In this document: positions 35,030 to 44,635 of the stretch, piece by piece
Layout: each line of letters starts with the position of its first letter
Numbering within the stretch: position 1 is the stretch's first letter
Virus record (IMG/VR): IMGVR_UViG_3300010048_000015
Span: 1-52,539 of that record
Length of the DNA stretch: 52,539 nt
Direction: 5' to 3' (one strand)
Source: a virus
Taxonomy: Duplodnaviria > Caudoviricetes
The notes under the pieces: model-generated
The model's database searches: none
What the model was told of the DNA's origin: nothing
The model's input: only the letters and a program-made list of their open reading frames with translations
Position numbers and translations under genes: made by a program

Positions 35030-37449
35030 TATAACAACTGGCCCCAATCTGTTCCGACGGTGATATCGACGTCTATGTTCACGTAGTCTCCCACGACTAG
35101 CTGTCCGGACTTGACCATATGATATCGCAGAATGTCTGACACCTTGCCTACGTCGTCCTTATGGCACTCTGCAATGATGTTGTCGTGTACGATGTTGCGT
35201 ACGTAGCCAATCCCCTTAAGTGCTGGCCTTACCCACGTGAAAGCCTGCAGACAAATGTCCGAGGCTGTCGACTGAGGCTTGAAGGCTAGTGCCTCGTTCA
35301 GTATCTCGTGCTTGTTCTCGTTCGTTATGAGCCAGAAGCGGCGATGTCTGCCGAAGACGGTGGTTAGATCTTCGCCTGCTAGGACGGCCTTTCGTGTCTG
35401 CTCTCGGAACTCGACAATGTTAGGTATGACACTGAAGAACGCACGCATACCTCGTTGCGCTTCTGCTAGTGTCAGTCCGTGCTCCTCAGCAATGCTTTTT
35501 GCCTCGCGGCCGTAACCCAGACCGTAGAAGTAAGCCTTGACACGAATGCGCAGCTCCTTCATCTGGTACTTGTCGAGATGTGAAGTATCGCCGTACAGTA
35601 CTGGTGTTAGCTCGTCGAACAAGTCACGAGTGGGATCGTTGAAGATGTCGCGCAGGTAGTCCTCTTTGGCAAGCCAGGTTAGAACTCTGGCTTCGATCTG
35701 TTTGTAGTCGGCGTTGACGAATACGTTGTCTGGGTCTACAGGGGCGAACTGCTTGCGTAGCTTCCAGCCTCGGGTGATGTTCTGAAGATTTGGGTTTCGG
35801 CAAGACGGCCTGCCTGTAGTAGTGCCATGGAGGAGGAACGTTGGAAACACCCTACCGCGATAAACCCTACGCCGTATTCCCTTGACGTAAGTGCCATAAG
35901 ACTTAGCGTCGAGGCGATGCTCTTGAAGAGCTGTGAGAAAGTCATAGTACTCTCCCCATGGTTCTCTAATCTTGGCAATTAGGTTGGCGATGACCTCTTT
36001 GTCAGTGCAAGGTCTCCACTCGCCTGCCTGGTTTCGTTTCCTCGGTACGGTAATGCCGAAGTGCTCCCGCAGGACCTTAACTGTCTGCAGAGGCGAGTTG
36101 GGATTGTAGTCCTTCATGCCTGAGGTGATCTGCATGTCGCCTCGTAGGACTGCAAGCTGCCCACGGTACTCCTGAGCCAGCTCGTCGTTGTACTTGAGAT
36201 CGATTCCGATGCCATTTAGCTCGACGTATATGAGCTCGTTTGATACGCGAACTAGGAAGTCGTGTAGTGCTCGGAGTTCTGGACTACGTGCAAGCATCTG
36301 ACTGAAGAGCTGGTACAGTGCGAAAGTTGCGGCACAATCGTAAGCGTTATACCTGTATAGCACATCTCGGGGGATGACGCCATAGCCATATCCTGGCTTC
36401 AGGTACCGCTTGATGTCGTCGTCGTATCGTGGGGTCCCGAGTAGCTCGACCGCGTTGTACTTGAGACCGTGAATACCTCTACGTTCATCCAGGACATAGG
36501 ATGCGAGCATCGTATCAAACCATAGTCTGACAGCACCGATGCGGTGATAGAGTCCCTCAAGATCGAACTTGCCGTTTTGAGCAATGATTCGATTGTGGCT
36601 TCGAAGGTAAGACCCAAGTCTTTGGAGGACCGTAGGATCGTTGACGACAGTTTCGCCCAGCACAAGAACGCCTCCTGGACGGTATCCGATACCCACACAG
36701 AGAAGACGATGTCTGGAGCTATGCTCGAATGAGGCGTCCTTATCAACATCACTCTCAATGTCAACTGAGACGCCTGTATCGGGAAGTTCGCTGATCGCCC
36801 GCAGCGCTGTGCTACGATCGTCAGCCACGAGGTAAACGGGTTCAGTCCATCCATCGTTGCTCCTGATTAGTTTGCCGAAGTCGTTGACTATGCTGGGGAA
36901 GAAGCCGTCGCCCTTGGGTCTCAGGCATGCGGCGGGGTGGAAGGTCGGTATGACCTCCAGACCAAGCTCCGATACGGGCCTTGGGGGTCCGACGCGTAGT
37001 TTTGTGATACCACCCTTAGTTCCCATGAGCGTTCCGGTCGCGGTGTTACCCAGAGCCACAACCTTTTCGACCCCTCTGTCTTGTAGCTCCTGAAGGAGAC
37101 GGGGCCTACAAGAATGAATCGCGTTCGCGGAAGGGGTTGCGTTGTCGGGTGGTCGGCAGAGGCAGGCGTTTGTGAGAAGAGTGGATGAACGTTCGATGCC
37201 GTAGTGCTCGAGGATCTTGTCGAGGAGCTTACCTGAGGCCCCCACAAAAGGCGCTCCTTTTTGCTGCTCAACCCTACCCGGAGCCTCGCCCATGACAGCC
37301 AGAGTTGCTTTCGGAGGCCCAGCCGATGGGACGTAGGAGTTGTACGCATACAGATCACACCGCTCGCATTCTGCTAGTGGATGATGCCTCTGCGGTTTAG
37401 GTCCTTGAGGCTCAGACACAGTTTCTGGGTGCTTACGCGTCTTGTCCAT
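35029..37449 (-). CDS. polA: family A DNA polymerase with N-terminal family-4 uracil-DNA glycosylase domain
   Basis: UDG: CERC, GEAPG, PFVG, CRPP.N, TFHPA. Exo: DIE, NGKFD, YNAYD. Pol: TTTGR.S...PNLQNI, DYKQIEAR, K...YG..YG, VHD. Confidence 0.95.
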   Translation of the reverse strand: MDKTRKHPETVSEPQGPKPQRHHPLAECERCDLYAYNSYVPSAGPPKATLAVMGEAPGRVEQQKGAPFVGASGKLLDKILEHYGIERSSTLLTNACLCRPPDNATPSANAIHSCRPRLLQELQDRGVEKVVALGNTATGTLMGTKGGITKLRVGPPRPVSELGLEVIPTFHPAACLRPKGDGFFPSIVNDFGKLIRSNDGWTEPVYLVADDRSTALRAISELPDTGVSVDIESDVDKDASFEHSSRHRLLCVGIGYRPGGVLVLGETVVNDPTVLQRLGSYLRSHNRIIAQNGKFDLEGLYHRIGAVRLWFDTMLASYVLDERRGIHGLKYNAVELLGTPRYDDDIKRYLKPGYGYGVIPRDVLYRYNAYDCAATFALYQLFSQMLARSPELRALHDFLVRVSNELIYVELNGIGIDLKYNDELAQEYRGQLAVLRGDMQITSGMKDYNPNSPLQTVKVLREHFGITVPRKRNQAGEWRPCTDKEVIANLIAKIREPWGEYYDFLTALQEHRLDAKSYGTYVKGIRRRVYRGRVFPTFLLHGTTTGRPSCRNPNLQNITRGWKLRKQFAPVDPDNVFVNADYKQIEARVLTWLAKEDYLRDIFNDPTRDLFDELTPVLYGDTSHLDKYQMKELRIRVKAYFYGLGYGREAKSIAEEHGLTLAEAQRGMRAFFSVIPNIVEFREQTRKAVLAGEDLTTVFGRHRRFWLITNENKHEILNEALAFKPQSTASDICLQAFTWVRPALKGIGYVRNIVHDNIIAECHKDDVGKVSDILRYHMVKSGQLVVGDYVNIDVDITVGTDWGQLL

Positions 37450-38233
37450 TTGCCCAGTTTCGCAGGGTCTGTAGGTTGGCGTTCAGGAGACCTGCATCGA
37501 CGTGATCGACGTCGGCGCCGAAGTAGTTCTTGGGTCTTCCTGGGCTCTCGTCGACTCCGAGCTTGAGGCCAGCCATGGTGTAGGTGAAGGGCGCTGTCGC
37601 GTCGACGCTAGTAATGAGGTCGGGGACAGCTTGTGCTGCATAGAGGATTTCCTTCGGCCATATCCGCGACATGCCCAGGAAGTGAATCGGGTGCGCGCAG
37701 TGGTCGTTGATCCAGTAGGCCATCTTGATACGTGCCTCTGGTTCGATCTCCGCTGTCGTCCACTTCGAGAGGCCGAGCATGATCGATATCTCGAACCTCT
37801 CCTCGATGCCTACGTAGCGAGCCACGCAGTCCTTCATCTCACTCAGGCTCGTACCCTGGACCACTCCCATGAACTGAACGGGTCTGGGAATCATCAGAGC
37901 GTGGTAGATGTCCCAGTAGTGCATGAAGCTCTCGACGAGCCTGATGGTCTCGTTCTGATCGCGCATCGCGTCGGGCAGAACGAGGATGTCTGCCTTGAGA
38001 TCGTAGACGAGCCATACGAGGTGGTCATTGTGCATGGACTTGCCGCTCGCCTCCTCGTAGGCGCCGTTGTCCAGCATAACGGTTGAGTTCAGGTTTGCAT
38101 TGAGAATGCGGTAGTGGTCTCGGTAGAACTCAGCGTACGTACGAACCTTGAGCCCTTCGGGAATGACCATGTGTAGCGGCTGGACCGCTGTCAAGTTGAG
38201 CAGACTCGCTGGAGGAATCAGTGCGACTTTCAT
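37433..38233 (-). CDS. divergent TGT/DpdA-fold guanine transglycosylase-like protein
   Basis: LDNGAY, LPD, GVVQG, IHFLG, SVD motifs; adjacent to que genes. Confidence 0.75.
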   Translation of the reverse strand: MKVALIPPASLLNLTAVQPLHMVIPEGLKVRTYAEFYRDHYRILNANLNSTVMLDNGAYEEASGKSMHNDHLVWLVYDLKADILVLPDAMRDQNETIRLVESFMHYWDIYHALMIPRPVQFMGVVQGTSLSEMKDCVARYVGIEERFEISIMLGLSKWTTAEIEPEARIKMAYWINDHCAHPIHFLGMSRIWPKEILYAAQAVPDLITSVDATAPFTYTMAGLKLGVDESPGRPKNYFGADVDHVDAGLLNANLQTLRNWANGQDA

Positions 38234-38532
38234 TCCTTGCCTTCGAACATTTCCTTGAGAGTAATGAAGCCCTCTCTGTCCGTATAAGGGTTCTGCTGCA
38301 GCATGTGCGATACAGACCGCTGGAGCAGGTAGAGCTTGATGTAGGTGAAGCGTGCGTAGTTAGCCAGGTCGAGAACCTCTTGTATCGCCTCTTCGAGAGT
38401 GTCTACCTGGAAGAACTTCAGCTCTCCATGCAGGTTCCGACCTTCTTCTAGGCGCTCCTGACACCTCTGTACGAAGCTCTCGTCGGCTTCTCGCAGCAGA
38501 GCCTCTAGCGCCTCGCCTATACTTCCGCTCAT
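38230..38532 (-). CDS. putative all-alpha (MazG-like) dNTP pyrophosphohydrolase
   Basis: ERLEEG...HG...LEEAIQEVLDLANY acidic helix; ATGA coupling both sides. Confidence 0.6.
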   Translation of the reverse strand: MSGSIGEALEALLREADESFVQRCQERLEEGRNLHGELKFFQVDTLEEAIQEVLDLANYARFTYIKLYLLQRSVSHMLQQNPYTDREGFITLKEMFEGKE

Positions 38533-39077
38533 TGTCCGATCGCCTTCAGGAACTCGTCCTTGGCAGTGCGCTCGTGGATGCCAAACACGCCACGCATCGT
38601 CGCCGTGTAGGTGGTAGTGCCAGGGGCTTGGACTCCTCTGATTGTCATGCACAGATGCTCACACTCCATTACTACTGCTACGTCTTCGGTCCCGAGTCGT
38701 TTTTCGAGCTGGTCTGCTATGTCTTCAGTCAGTTCCTCCTGCACGCATAGCGCCCTTGCTTGGTTCTGCGCTAGCCTGGCTATCTTCGATAGACCAGCGA
38801 TATGGTCCTGTGGAATGTATCCGATGTCAGCGTGCCCGAGGAATGGAACGACATGATGCTCGCATAGGCTAACGATCGGAATCCTCTTGACGACGACCAT
38901 GTTCCGGATCTTCGTCGGAAACGTTGTGAAGTGGAAGTCTTCTGGTGTCGTCATCTCCTTCAGCATCTTGAGGAATCTTGCTGCTGTACGTTCGGTGTGA
39001 GGGCTTTCTTCGTCCATACCTGCGACGTTTGCGAGTATGTACTGGGCTGCGTGGTTTAGATTGTGAAACTCTAGCAC
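38529..39077 (-). CDS. folE: GTP cyclohydrolase I
   Basis: SLCEHH..PF.G, GLSKIAR, VQEELT, HLCM..RGV. Confidence 0.97.
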   Translation of the reverse strand: MLEFHNLNHAAQYILANVAGMDEESPHTERTAARFLKMLKEMTTPEDFHFTTFPTKIRNMVVVKRIPIVSLCEHHVVPFLGHADIGYIPQDHIAGLSKIARLAQNQARALCVQEELTEDIADQLEKRLGTEDVAVVMECEHLCMTIRGVQAPGTTTYTATMRGVFGIHERTAKDEFLKAIGQ

Positions 39078-39784
39078 TATGTTCCCCTCTTGTTGACGCC
39101 GTAAATGTACTGATGGACTTGGATGTTAAGGCGCCAGGGCACCTTGTACTGCTTGATGAGCTCGACTATATCGGTAGCTCCCCACGTGTCGCTCCAGACC
39201 GGACCGACGAAGACCGAAACACCTGAGTCCTTGACTACGGTATTCCAGACGTCCATAGCGACCTCGAAGTCCTCGGCATCCGCGACTGTGAACTTGACTA
39301 CGCCTCCGTACTTGGTCATCTCTACCAAGTTGCGTGATCGCTCGTTGAGCCAGGTCTTCTCTCCTGAGCCTGGAAGCTTCCAGTCCATGACGAGCTGCGT
39401 GCCCATCAAGAAGACCTCGGCTGGTACTTCGAACGTACCGTTGGTAAAGACCTCCGTTGTCCATGGAAGCTCAGGCCCGTCGAATAGCCGTTGCAGGAGG
39501 CTGATGAGTTCCTTGTGAGGTTGGAGGAAGGGCTCGCCTCCTGTGAAGCAGATGTTCGACGCGCCTGTCTCCTTGTACTTCGCCTCGATGTCCTGCGCGA
39601 GCTCCCACGGCTGACGAGAGTACTGCTCTTCTCGATACAGCTTCGGGTCGATCGCGAACTGCGAGTCGCAAGGCCAGGAGGGGCACTTCAGGTTACACCC
39701 TGCGAAGCGTACGAACTGCGTCAGGATGCCAACTCGAGGGCCTTCTCCTTGCGTCGACACATAGTGCTCGACTAGTCTCATCAC
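39077..39784 (-). CDS. queE: 7-carboxy-7-deazaguanine synthase (radical SAM)
   Basis: STQGEG...FVRFAGCNLKC..WPCD, FTGGEP, TNG. Confidence 0.95.
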   Translation of the reverse strand: MMRLVEHYVSTQGEGPRVGILTQFVRFAGCNLKCPSWPCDSQFAIDPKLYREEQYSRQPWELAQDIEAKYKETGASNICFTGGEPFLQPHKELISLLQRLFDGPELPWTTEVFTNGTFEVPAEVFLMGTQLVMDWKLPGSGEKTWLNERSRNLVEMTKYGGVVKFTVADAEDFEVAMDVWNTVVKDSGVSVFVGPVWSDTWGATDIVELIKQYKVPWRLNIQVHQYIYGVNKRGT

Positions 39785-40167
39785 GTTGCTCCATCATAGG
39801 ACGCCCACGTCTTCGGAGTCTCCGAGACGTATATGATTAGGCCGTAGCTGTCGTGCTTCTCCCTGAGCGTTGCATCTACGCCCTTGTGCACGATGTCCCA
39901 GATGTGTCGAGCGATGTTCTCGGCCGTTGGGTTGAAGTCGACGACGTCATTGATGCATTTGTGATCGAATCGTCCGTCGATTATAGCCTTGAAGCCGTCG
40001 AGTGCTCTGTAGTCGAGAACGAATCCGATCTCGTCGAGATCCATCGTATCGATCTCGATCTCGACTTGGTAGTTGTGTCCGTGCATCTGAGCACACGGAT
40101 GCGTCGGAGGTAGACCTCGAAGGAAGTGTGCTGCGCTGAAGTCGAAGCGCTTCTTGATGCTATACAC
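39781..40167 (-). CDS. queD: 6-carboxytetrahydropterin synthase
   Basis: FSAAH...C..MHGHNY, FDH, NPTAENIA, VSET. Confidence 0.97.
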   Translation of the reverse strand: MYSIKKRFDFSAAHFLRGLPPTHPCAQMHGHNYQVEIEIDTMDLDEIGFVLDYRALDGFKAIIDGRFDHKCINDVVDFNPTAENIARHIWDIVHKGVDATLREKHDSYGLIIYVSETPKTWASYDGAT

Positions 40168-40876
40168 TGGCTACCGCCGTTCTCCAGTACTCGGTGTCCT
40201 CGTAGATGGTCTGGTCGGGAACGTGAGCTTCTGCAAGTGCCTCTAGGCGCTCGACGCATGTGCCACATCGTCCGCAGTGGTGCTTACGGCCGTTGTAGCA
40301 CGACCAGGTGAGATGCACAGGCACATCGAGGCGCTTGGCTTCGAACGCGATCTCGGCCTTAGTCTTGTCGAGGAAGGGGAGTACGAAGCTCCAGTCGTCC
40401 CTGATGACGTCGAGGTTGGCGACACGAATAGTGTCCCTCAGCAAGTTCCAGAACGACGGTCTGCAGTCGGGATAGATAGCTGCGTCGCCGTTGTGAGGTG
40501 CGGCTGCTACGTAGTGGCCGTCCTCGGCAATGCACACTCCGACGGCTATAGCCGTCATGATCATGTTCCTGTTTGGAACGATCGTCAGCTTCATCGTCTC
40601 GTGCGCGTAGTGGCCCTCGGGTACCTTGACCTTCTCGTTGACGAGGCTGGACTTGGAGTCCCTGATCGCGTCGCCGAAGTCGTTGAGTCCGATGAGTGAC
40701 CAAGGTAGGCCGAATCGCTCCGCTGCCATCTCTGCGAACTGAAGTTCCTTGACGTGTCGTTGCCCGTAGTCGAACGATACGACGTGAGGTCGGTAGTTAG
40801 TACTGACAAGGTAGTGTAGCATCGTGACGCTGTCTAGGCCTCCGCTCACGATCGCAACACCCGTAGTCATTTTCAC
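40160..40876 (-). CDS. queC: 7-cyano-7-deazaguanine synthase
   Basis: SGGLDS, YGQRH..E, VPNRN, YPDCR, TWSCY..HCGRCGTC..R. Confidence 0.97.
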   Translation of the reverse strand: MKMTTGVAIVSGGLDSVTMLHYLVSTNYRPHVVSFDYGQRHVKELQFAEMAAERFGLPWSLIGLNDFGDAIRDSKSSLVNEKVKVPEGHYAHETMKLTIVPNRNMIMTAIAVGVCIAEDGHYVAAAPHNGDAAIYPDCRPSFWNLLRDTIRVANLDVIRDDWSFVLPFLDKTKAEIAFEAKRLDVPVHLTWSCYNGRKHHCGRCGTCVERLEALAEAHVPDQTIYEDTEYWRTAVASV

Positions 40877-43038
40877 GTTTCGTCCTTTCCCAGTAGACTG
40901 TTGTACGTTACCGATCTTCCTTCTCCACCTCTAGCTATGAGTCCTCGACCTACCAGCGTCTTCTCGATATCGTCCATCTCTCGAGCCGTCAGGTGATAGG
41001 TCTGCATAAGTCTAGATCGAGCGAAGTTGCCTCGCCGTTGAATAGCGTGCAGTATGAGTTCGATCTTGTGCTCGAGTGGTCCCTTGCCGATGTTAGTGAT
41101 GATGTCTTGTGCATAGCGTCGCCAAACGTCTCCGTACATAGCTGCACGAACAATGTCTTGCTCTTCTACTACAACGTCGCCTTCGAGACACCGTGACGCT
41201 GCTAGCAGTATAGATGCCTTGAGGATCGACGTAGCTAGTCGTACGTACATCGGAACCATCGTCACTCTAAGGTCCTCGCCACTGTCAACAGCTAGCTGTG
41301 TCAAGGTCTGCTCGACTTCATTGTACCGCGACCACGCGCGCTCTGTCATCTTGACATCCACAGGCACTGTGTGAACGCCGACAACTTTGCCTTTGAACGT
41401 GGTTGGTGCAGTGCGTTCGTGTGCTTTGGCAATCTGTTGGAGTTCGGTCAGTATGCGATCCCGTCCAGTGAGATTCTCTTCTTCAGGCGGGCCGAGAGGT
41501 CTAACCTTAGATGGATCTGATTCGGCTGTTATGAATACGAATCGGGGAAGGAAGCCTGACTCAATGTCTTCCGTATCAACAATGCGCTGCATCTTTGTCT
41601 TGATGCCACCTGCGAAGAGTATTACTCGTGGGTCTCGAATGACAATCTCTTCCTTACGCAGGAGGCGCTTCTGGGTTCTGCCGTCGTACATCTTAGTCAG
41701 GAACTCTTTCATTCCTGACATGTAGTCCTTTCTGGACATCTGTTCCATAAAGCCAGTGAACTCGTCTCGTAGAAAGAGACTCACGCGTCCTGGCCTCGTC
41801 GATAGAGCCTGCATGAAGCCCTCTACTGAGCCGTCTGTCGCTAGCAGGAGGTCCGGATCGATTTCCAGGACTATGTCCATCGCTAGGTCCATCGCCGTCG
41901 ACTTTCTCGTCAGCGTCGTATCTGCCAGGATCATAAACCAGAGGTTCGGTTGTATAGACCCATAGCGCGTGAGTAGTCTGACAGAACCAGCAAGGAGCGT
42001 CGACAGTGCTGTGAAAGCTCCAGCTTCGTGATACTGGATCGCTGCGTCTCCTACTTGCTTCGCCCAATCTACGTACCTTTCTATGAATGACGGCTCTCTG
42101 GCTAGAGCTTCTCTTTCCGCTCGTGTGACGAGCGCCAGCTCAGTACCAGGCGGCAGAGTGGCCATCCGCGACTGTTCGGCATGCCGAGACTGAGCTCTAC
42201 AAATGTCCTTCCAAAGGCGTATAGGCTGACCGGTGAACTTGTTACATGCCGCGTCTCTACATACTTGAAATACTTCCGGTAGCGAAAGTCCAGCTTCCAA
42301 ACAGTACATTTCCAACCTGAAGAGAGCCGAGCTACGGTCGGTCTCAGGCTCCCTGTGGAAGAGCGTGAATGCGGCCCCGTTGATCCTGTGCCTGTTGCGT
42401 TCAAGGATCTTCTCTCCATCCTCTGGAACGAACTCCGGAAACGGTATGTCTAGGTATTCGTATCCGGGAGTTTGATCATACAGGTCTCGGAAGTCAGAGA
42501 GTGGGTGAGTGTCATCGTTCCAATCCAAGACTCTGACTTTAGGCGCCTCAGCTCCCTGTCCATATTTGTAGTTTCGAGTGCCAGGAATCCTGAGTAGCTG
42601 CGTGAGATCCCATCCGCTTCTATCACTGCCTTGATCGGAATGGTGATAAGCAATGCGTCGGGCGGCATCCTCAGCATCCTCAGCATCGACTGGTTGTGAT
42701 AGCGTCCAGAGTGCTTGGTACCTTCCAGGACTCGTCTCGTAGCAGATAGAAGGTTTGATACGAAGGTATTTGGGGTGACACTCGTCGAGGTCGGCCCAGA
42801 TGCATCCGACTTGGTCGACGTTGACTTTGACACGACGCCTCTCCTTCAGTAGCTGAGGACAGAAGTACACATTCTCTACTAGTGCTCTTGAACGGATGAC
42901 TTCTTCGGCTCGCTGTGCCTCGTCAGGGTACGAGAAGAATTGTTCTGCGAACTTGCCCTCAGGCCTACGGGTAGCGATGCAGATAAAACCTGTCGTATCT
43001 CCATATGCAGTTTCAAAGAAGTCGACTAGTCCTGCCAC
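40873..43038 (-). CDS. RepB-like primase fused to DUF3987-type helicase
   Basis: WADLD, ETSPGRYQALW, LLRIPGT.NYK; RKST, RDEF, SGFLPRF. Confidence 0.85.
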   Translation of the reverse strand: MAGLVDFFETAYGDTTGFICIATRRPEGKFAEQFFSYPDEAQRAEEVIRSRALVENVYFCPQLLKERRRVKVNVDQVGCIWADLDECHPKYLRIKPSICYETSPGRYQALWTLSQPVDAEDAEDAARRIAYHHSDQGSDRSGWDLTQLLRIPGTRNYKYGQGAEAPKVRVLDWNDDTHPLSDFRDLYDQTPGYEYLDIPFPEFVPEDGEKILERNRHRINGAAFTLFHREPETDRSSALFRLEMYCLEAGLSLPEVFQVCRDAACNKFTGQPIRLWKDICRAQSRHAEQSRMATLPPGTELALVTRAEREALAREPSFIERYVDWAKQVGDAAIQYHEAGAFTALSTLLAGSVRLLTRYGSIQPNLWFMILADTTLTRKSTAMDLAMDIVLEIDPDLLLATDGSVEGFMQALSTRPGRVSLFLRDEFTGFMEQMSRKDYMSGMKEFLTKMYDGRTQKRLLRKEEIVIRDPRVILFAGGIKTKMQRIVDTEDIESGFLPRFVFITAESDPSKVRPLGPPEEENLTGRDRILTELQQIAKAHERTAPTTFKGKVVGVHTVPVDVKMTERAWSRYNEVEQTLTQLAVDSGEDLRVTMVPMYVRLATSILKASILLAASRCLEGDVVVEEQDIVRAAMYGDVWRRYAQDIITNIGKGPLEHKIELILHAIQRRGNFARSRLMQTYHLTAREMDDIEKTLVGRGLIARGGEGRSVTYNSLLGKDET

Positions 43039-43050
43039 GCTAACTCCAAA

Positions 43051-43137
43051 GGAAGGCGAAGCTCCGGCCCGTCCAGTCGCTCTCTGCTGGTAAACGGAGT
43101 ATGCCGGCCCTTTCGCTGCGACTCGACTTCGCCTTCC
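43051..43137 (-). other. structured intergenic RNA element before primase
   Basis: 11 bp stem GGAAGGCGAAG/CTTCGCCTTCC enclosing 65 nt. Confidence 0.55.
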
Positions 43138-43146
43138 GGCTAGTAG

Positions 43147-43659
43147 TTAAGGGAGAATGCTCGCGTTGCCGCGTACAGCACCGGCCTTGGCACCTGGAGC
43201 AGGAGAGCCTGACTTCATGCCCTCCTGGTAGGGCGCGAAGCCACGCACTTCGATCCAGGACATCGGGTCGTCCTCGGGATTGGCCTTCTTAGCGTTCTTG
43301 TTCACGCCTCGGCGAGCCATGACGTGCTGTCCGATGTACGCCTCGGGAGCGTCAGGGATTTCGAGGCCGCCCTTGGCTGTCGCGTCGTTATACATGTCGA
43401 GCGCCTTGAGCAGGTTGATGATCGTGTAGAGCGCGCCTTCCCAGCAGCACGCTGTCCACTTGATCTGCCTGTCGGCGTAGGGACCGTCCTGAACGTCCGC
43501 GGTGAACTTGAGGAGCGGCTTGTCGGGGTTCGCCTCTGACTGCGACTCGGCGAACTCGACGTCGGTGATGACGACGTGGTAGCTACCTGAGGGCAGATAG
43601 CCGCTGCCGTCACCAGACTTGGATTCTCGTTCTGATACAGTATTCACTTTGATAGACAT
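43147..43659 (-). CDS. ssDNA-binding protein (DUF669-like)
   Basis: LPSG.YHV.ITDVE...DGPY; follows Sak4-like gene. Confidence 0.75.
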   Translation of the reverse strand: MSIKVNTVSERESKSGDGSGYLPSGSYHVVITDVEFAESQSEANPDKPLLKFTADVQDGPYADRQIKWTACCWEGALYTIINLLKALDMYNDATAKGGLEIPDAPEAYIGQHVMARRGVNKNAKKANPEDDPMSWIEVRGFAPYQEGMKSGSPAPGAKAGAVRGNASILP

Positions 43660-43684
43660 GTGACTTGTACCTTGTACCTTTCGA

Positions 43685-44635
43685 CTACTTGTGGATGAGT
43701 TCGAAGATGTCGTGCATGTTCGGCTGAACTACGACGAGAGGCAGGTTGCCCGACCTGTCTTTGGTCACGTATCCCTCTAGCGCGCCCGTCAGTAGCATCC
43801 GACTAACCTCGGTAGGCTTGGTCTCGTCTCCTGATGCTCCCTCCTTCGTGTATAGGTACATTACCTGATCGAACAGGCCCGCTACCTGATTCGCCAGCTT
43901 ACCGGGTAGGTCGGGACGCTTCCACATAACGCCCTTGTTGTCCCGCTCGGTAGTCTCGTGGCAGAGAAAGATGAAGTTGATAGGCAGGTCTCGGAACTGC
44001 CTTAGCGTCTTCCTCATGCGGTTGGTTGACGCGCCCCAGTCGTGGAGACCTGGCACGTCAGGATCTCGGTCTGGATGGGCAGCGAGTGTGCGTCCCATGA
44101 CCCAGTCCATGTTGATCTTCTGCAGCTCGGTTCCGGTGTCGATCGTGACCGTTCGGAAGTCGGGTAGGTCGGCCGAGTTGTAACACTGACGATCGAGCTC
44201 GTCGTAGATGGCTTCGAACTGTTCCCAGGTGACCGCACCTTGCTGCTGCGGATCGGGAATGATCTGAATGTTCTTGTTGAGCTGGAGCTTTCTCAGAGTC
44301 GACGTTCCAGCCTCGGCGTTGATGTACAGCATCGGCCCGAGATGCTTAGAGCTAGCTCCCTGACCTGCGAGGTGCGTCTTGCCTGAACCTGGCAGGCCGT
44401 AGATCATGGTGTTGACGATATCGAGCTCGGACTTTGTCGGAGGAGCAATCGGAATACCTGCGAAGAACCTAGGGCTCGCCAGTGCAGCTATGACCTGCTC
44501 CTTCTCCTCCTCCACTGCGGCTGCTCGCTCGTCGTCAGGGAGTATGTCTTCCGACGTCTCTTCCTTCTCGAACTCGAAGTCGTCTGGACCTGCTGTGTCT
44601 ACTGCTTCTTGCGCCCTGTCTGCTGCGTCTCCCAT
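43685..44635 (-). CDS. AAA_24 / Sak4-like ATPase
   Basis: YGLPGSGKT, TVTIDT, FLCHE, KDRSG.LP. Confidence 0.85.
   Translation of the reverse strand: MGDAADRAQEAVDTAGPDDFEFEKEETSEDILPDDERAAAVEEEKEQVIAALASPRFFAGIPIAPPTKSELDIVNTMIYGLPGSGKTHLAGQGASSKHLGPMLYINAEAGTSTLRKLQLNKNIQIIPDPQQQGAVTWEQFEAIYDELDRQCYNSADLPDFRTVTIDTGTELQKINMDWVMGRTLAAHPDRDPDVPGLHDWGASTNRMRKTLRQFRDLPINFIFLCHETTERDNKGVMWKRPDLPGKLANQVAGLFDQVMYLYTKEGASGDETKPTEVSRMLLTGALEGYVTKDRSGNLPLVVVQPNMHDIFELIHK

Noticed and set aside
37433-40876. Queuosine tRNA-modification (auxiliary metabolic) pathway
   Set aside because: No queF, queA or queG and no tRNA genes recognised; coupling to primase and polymerase favours DNA modification.
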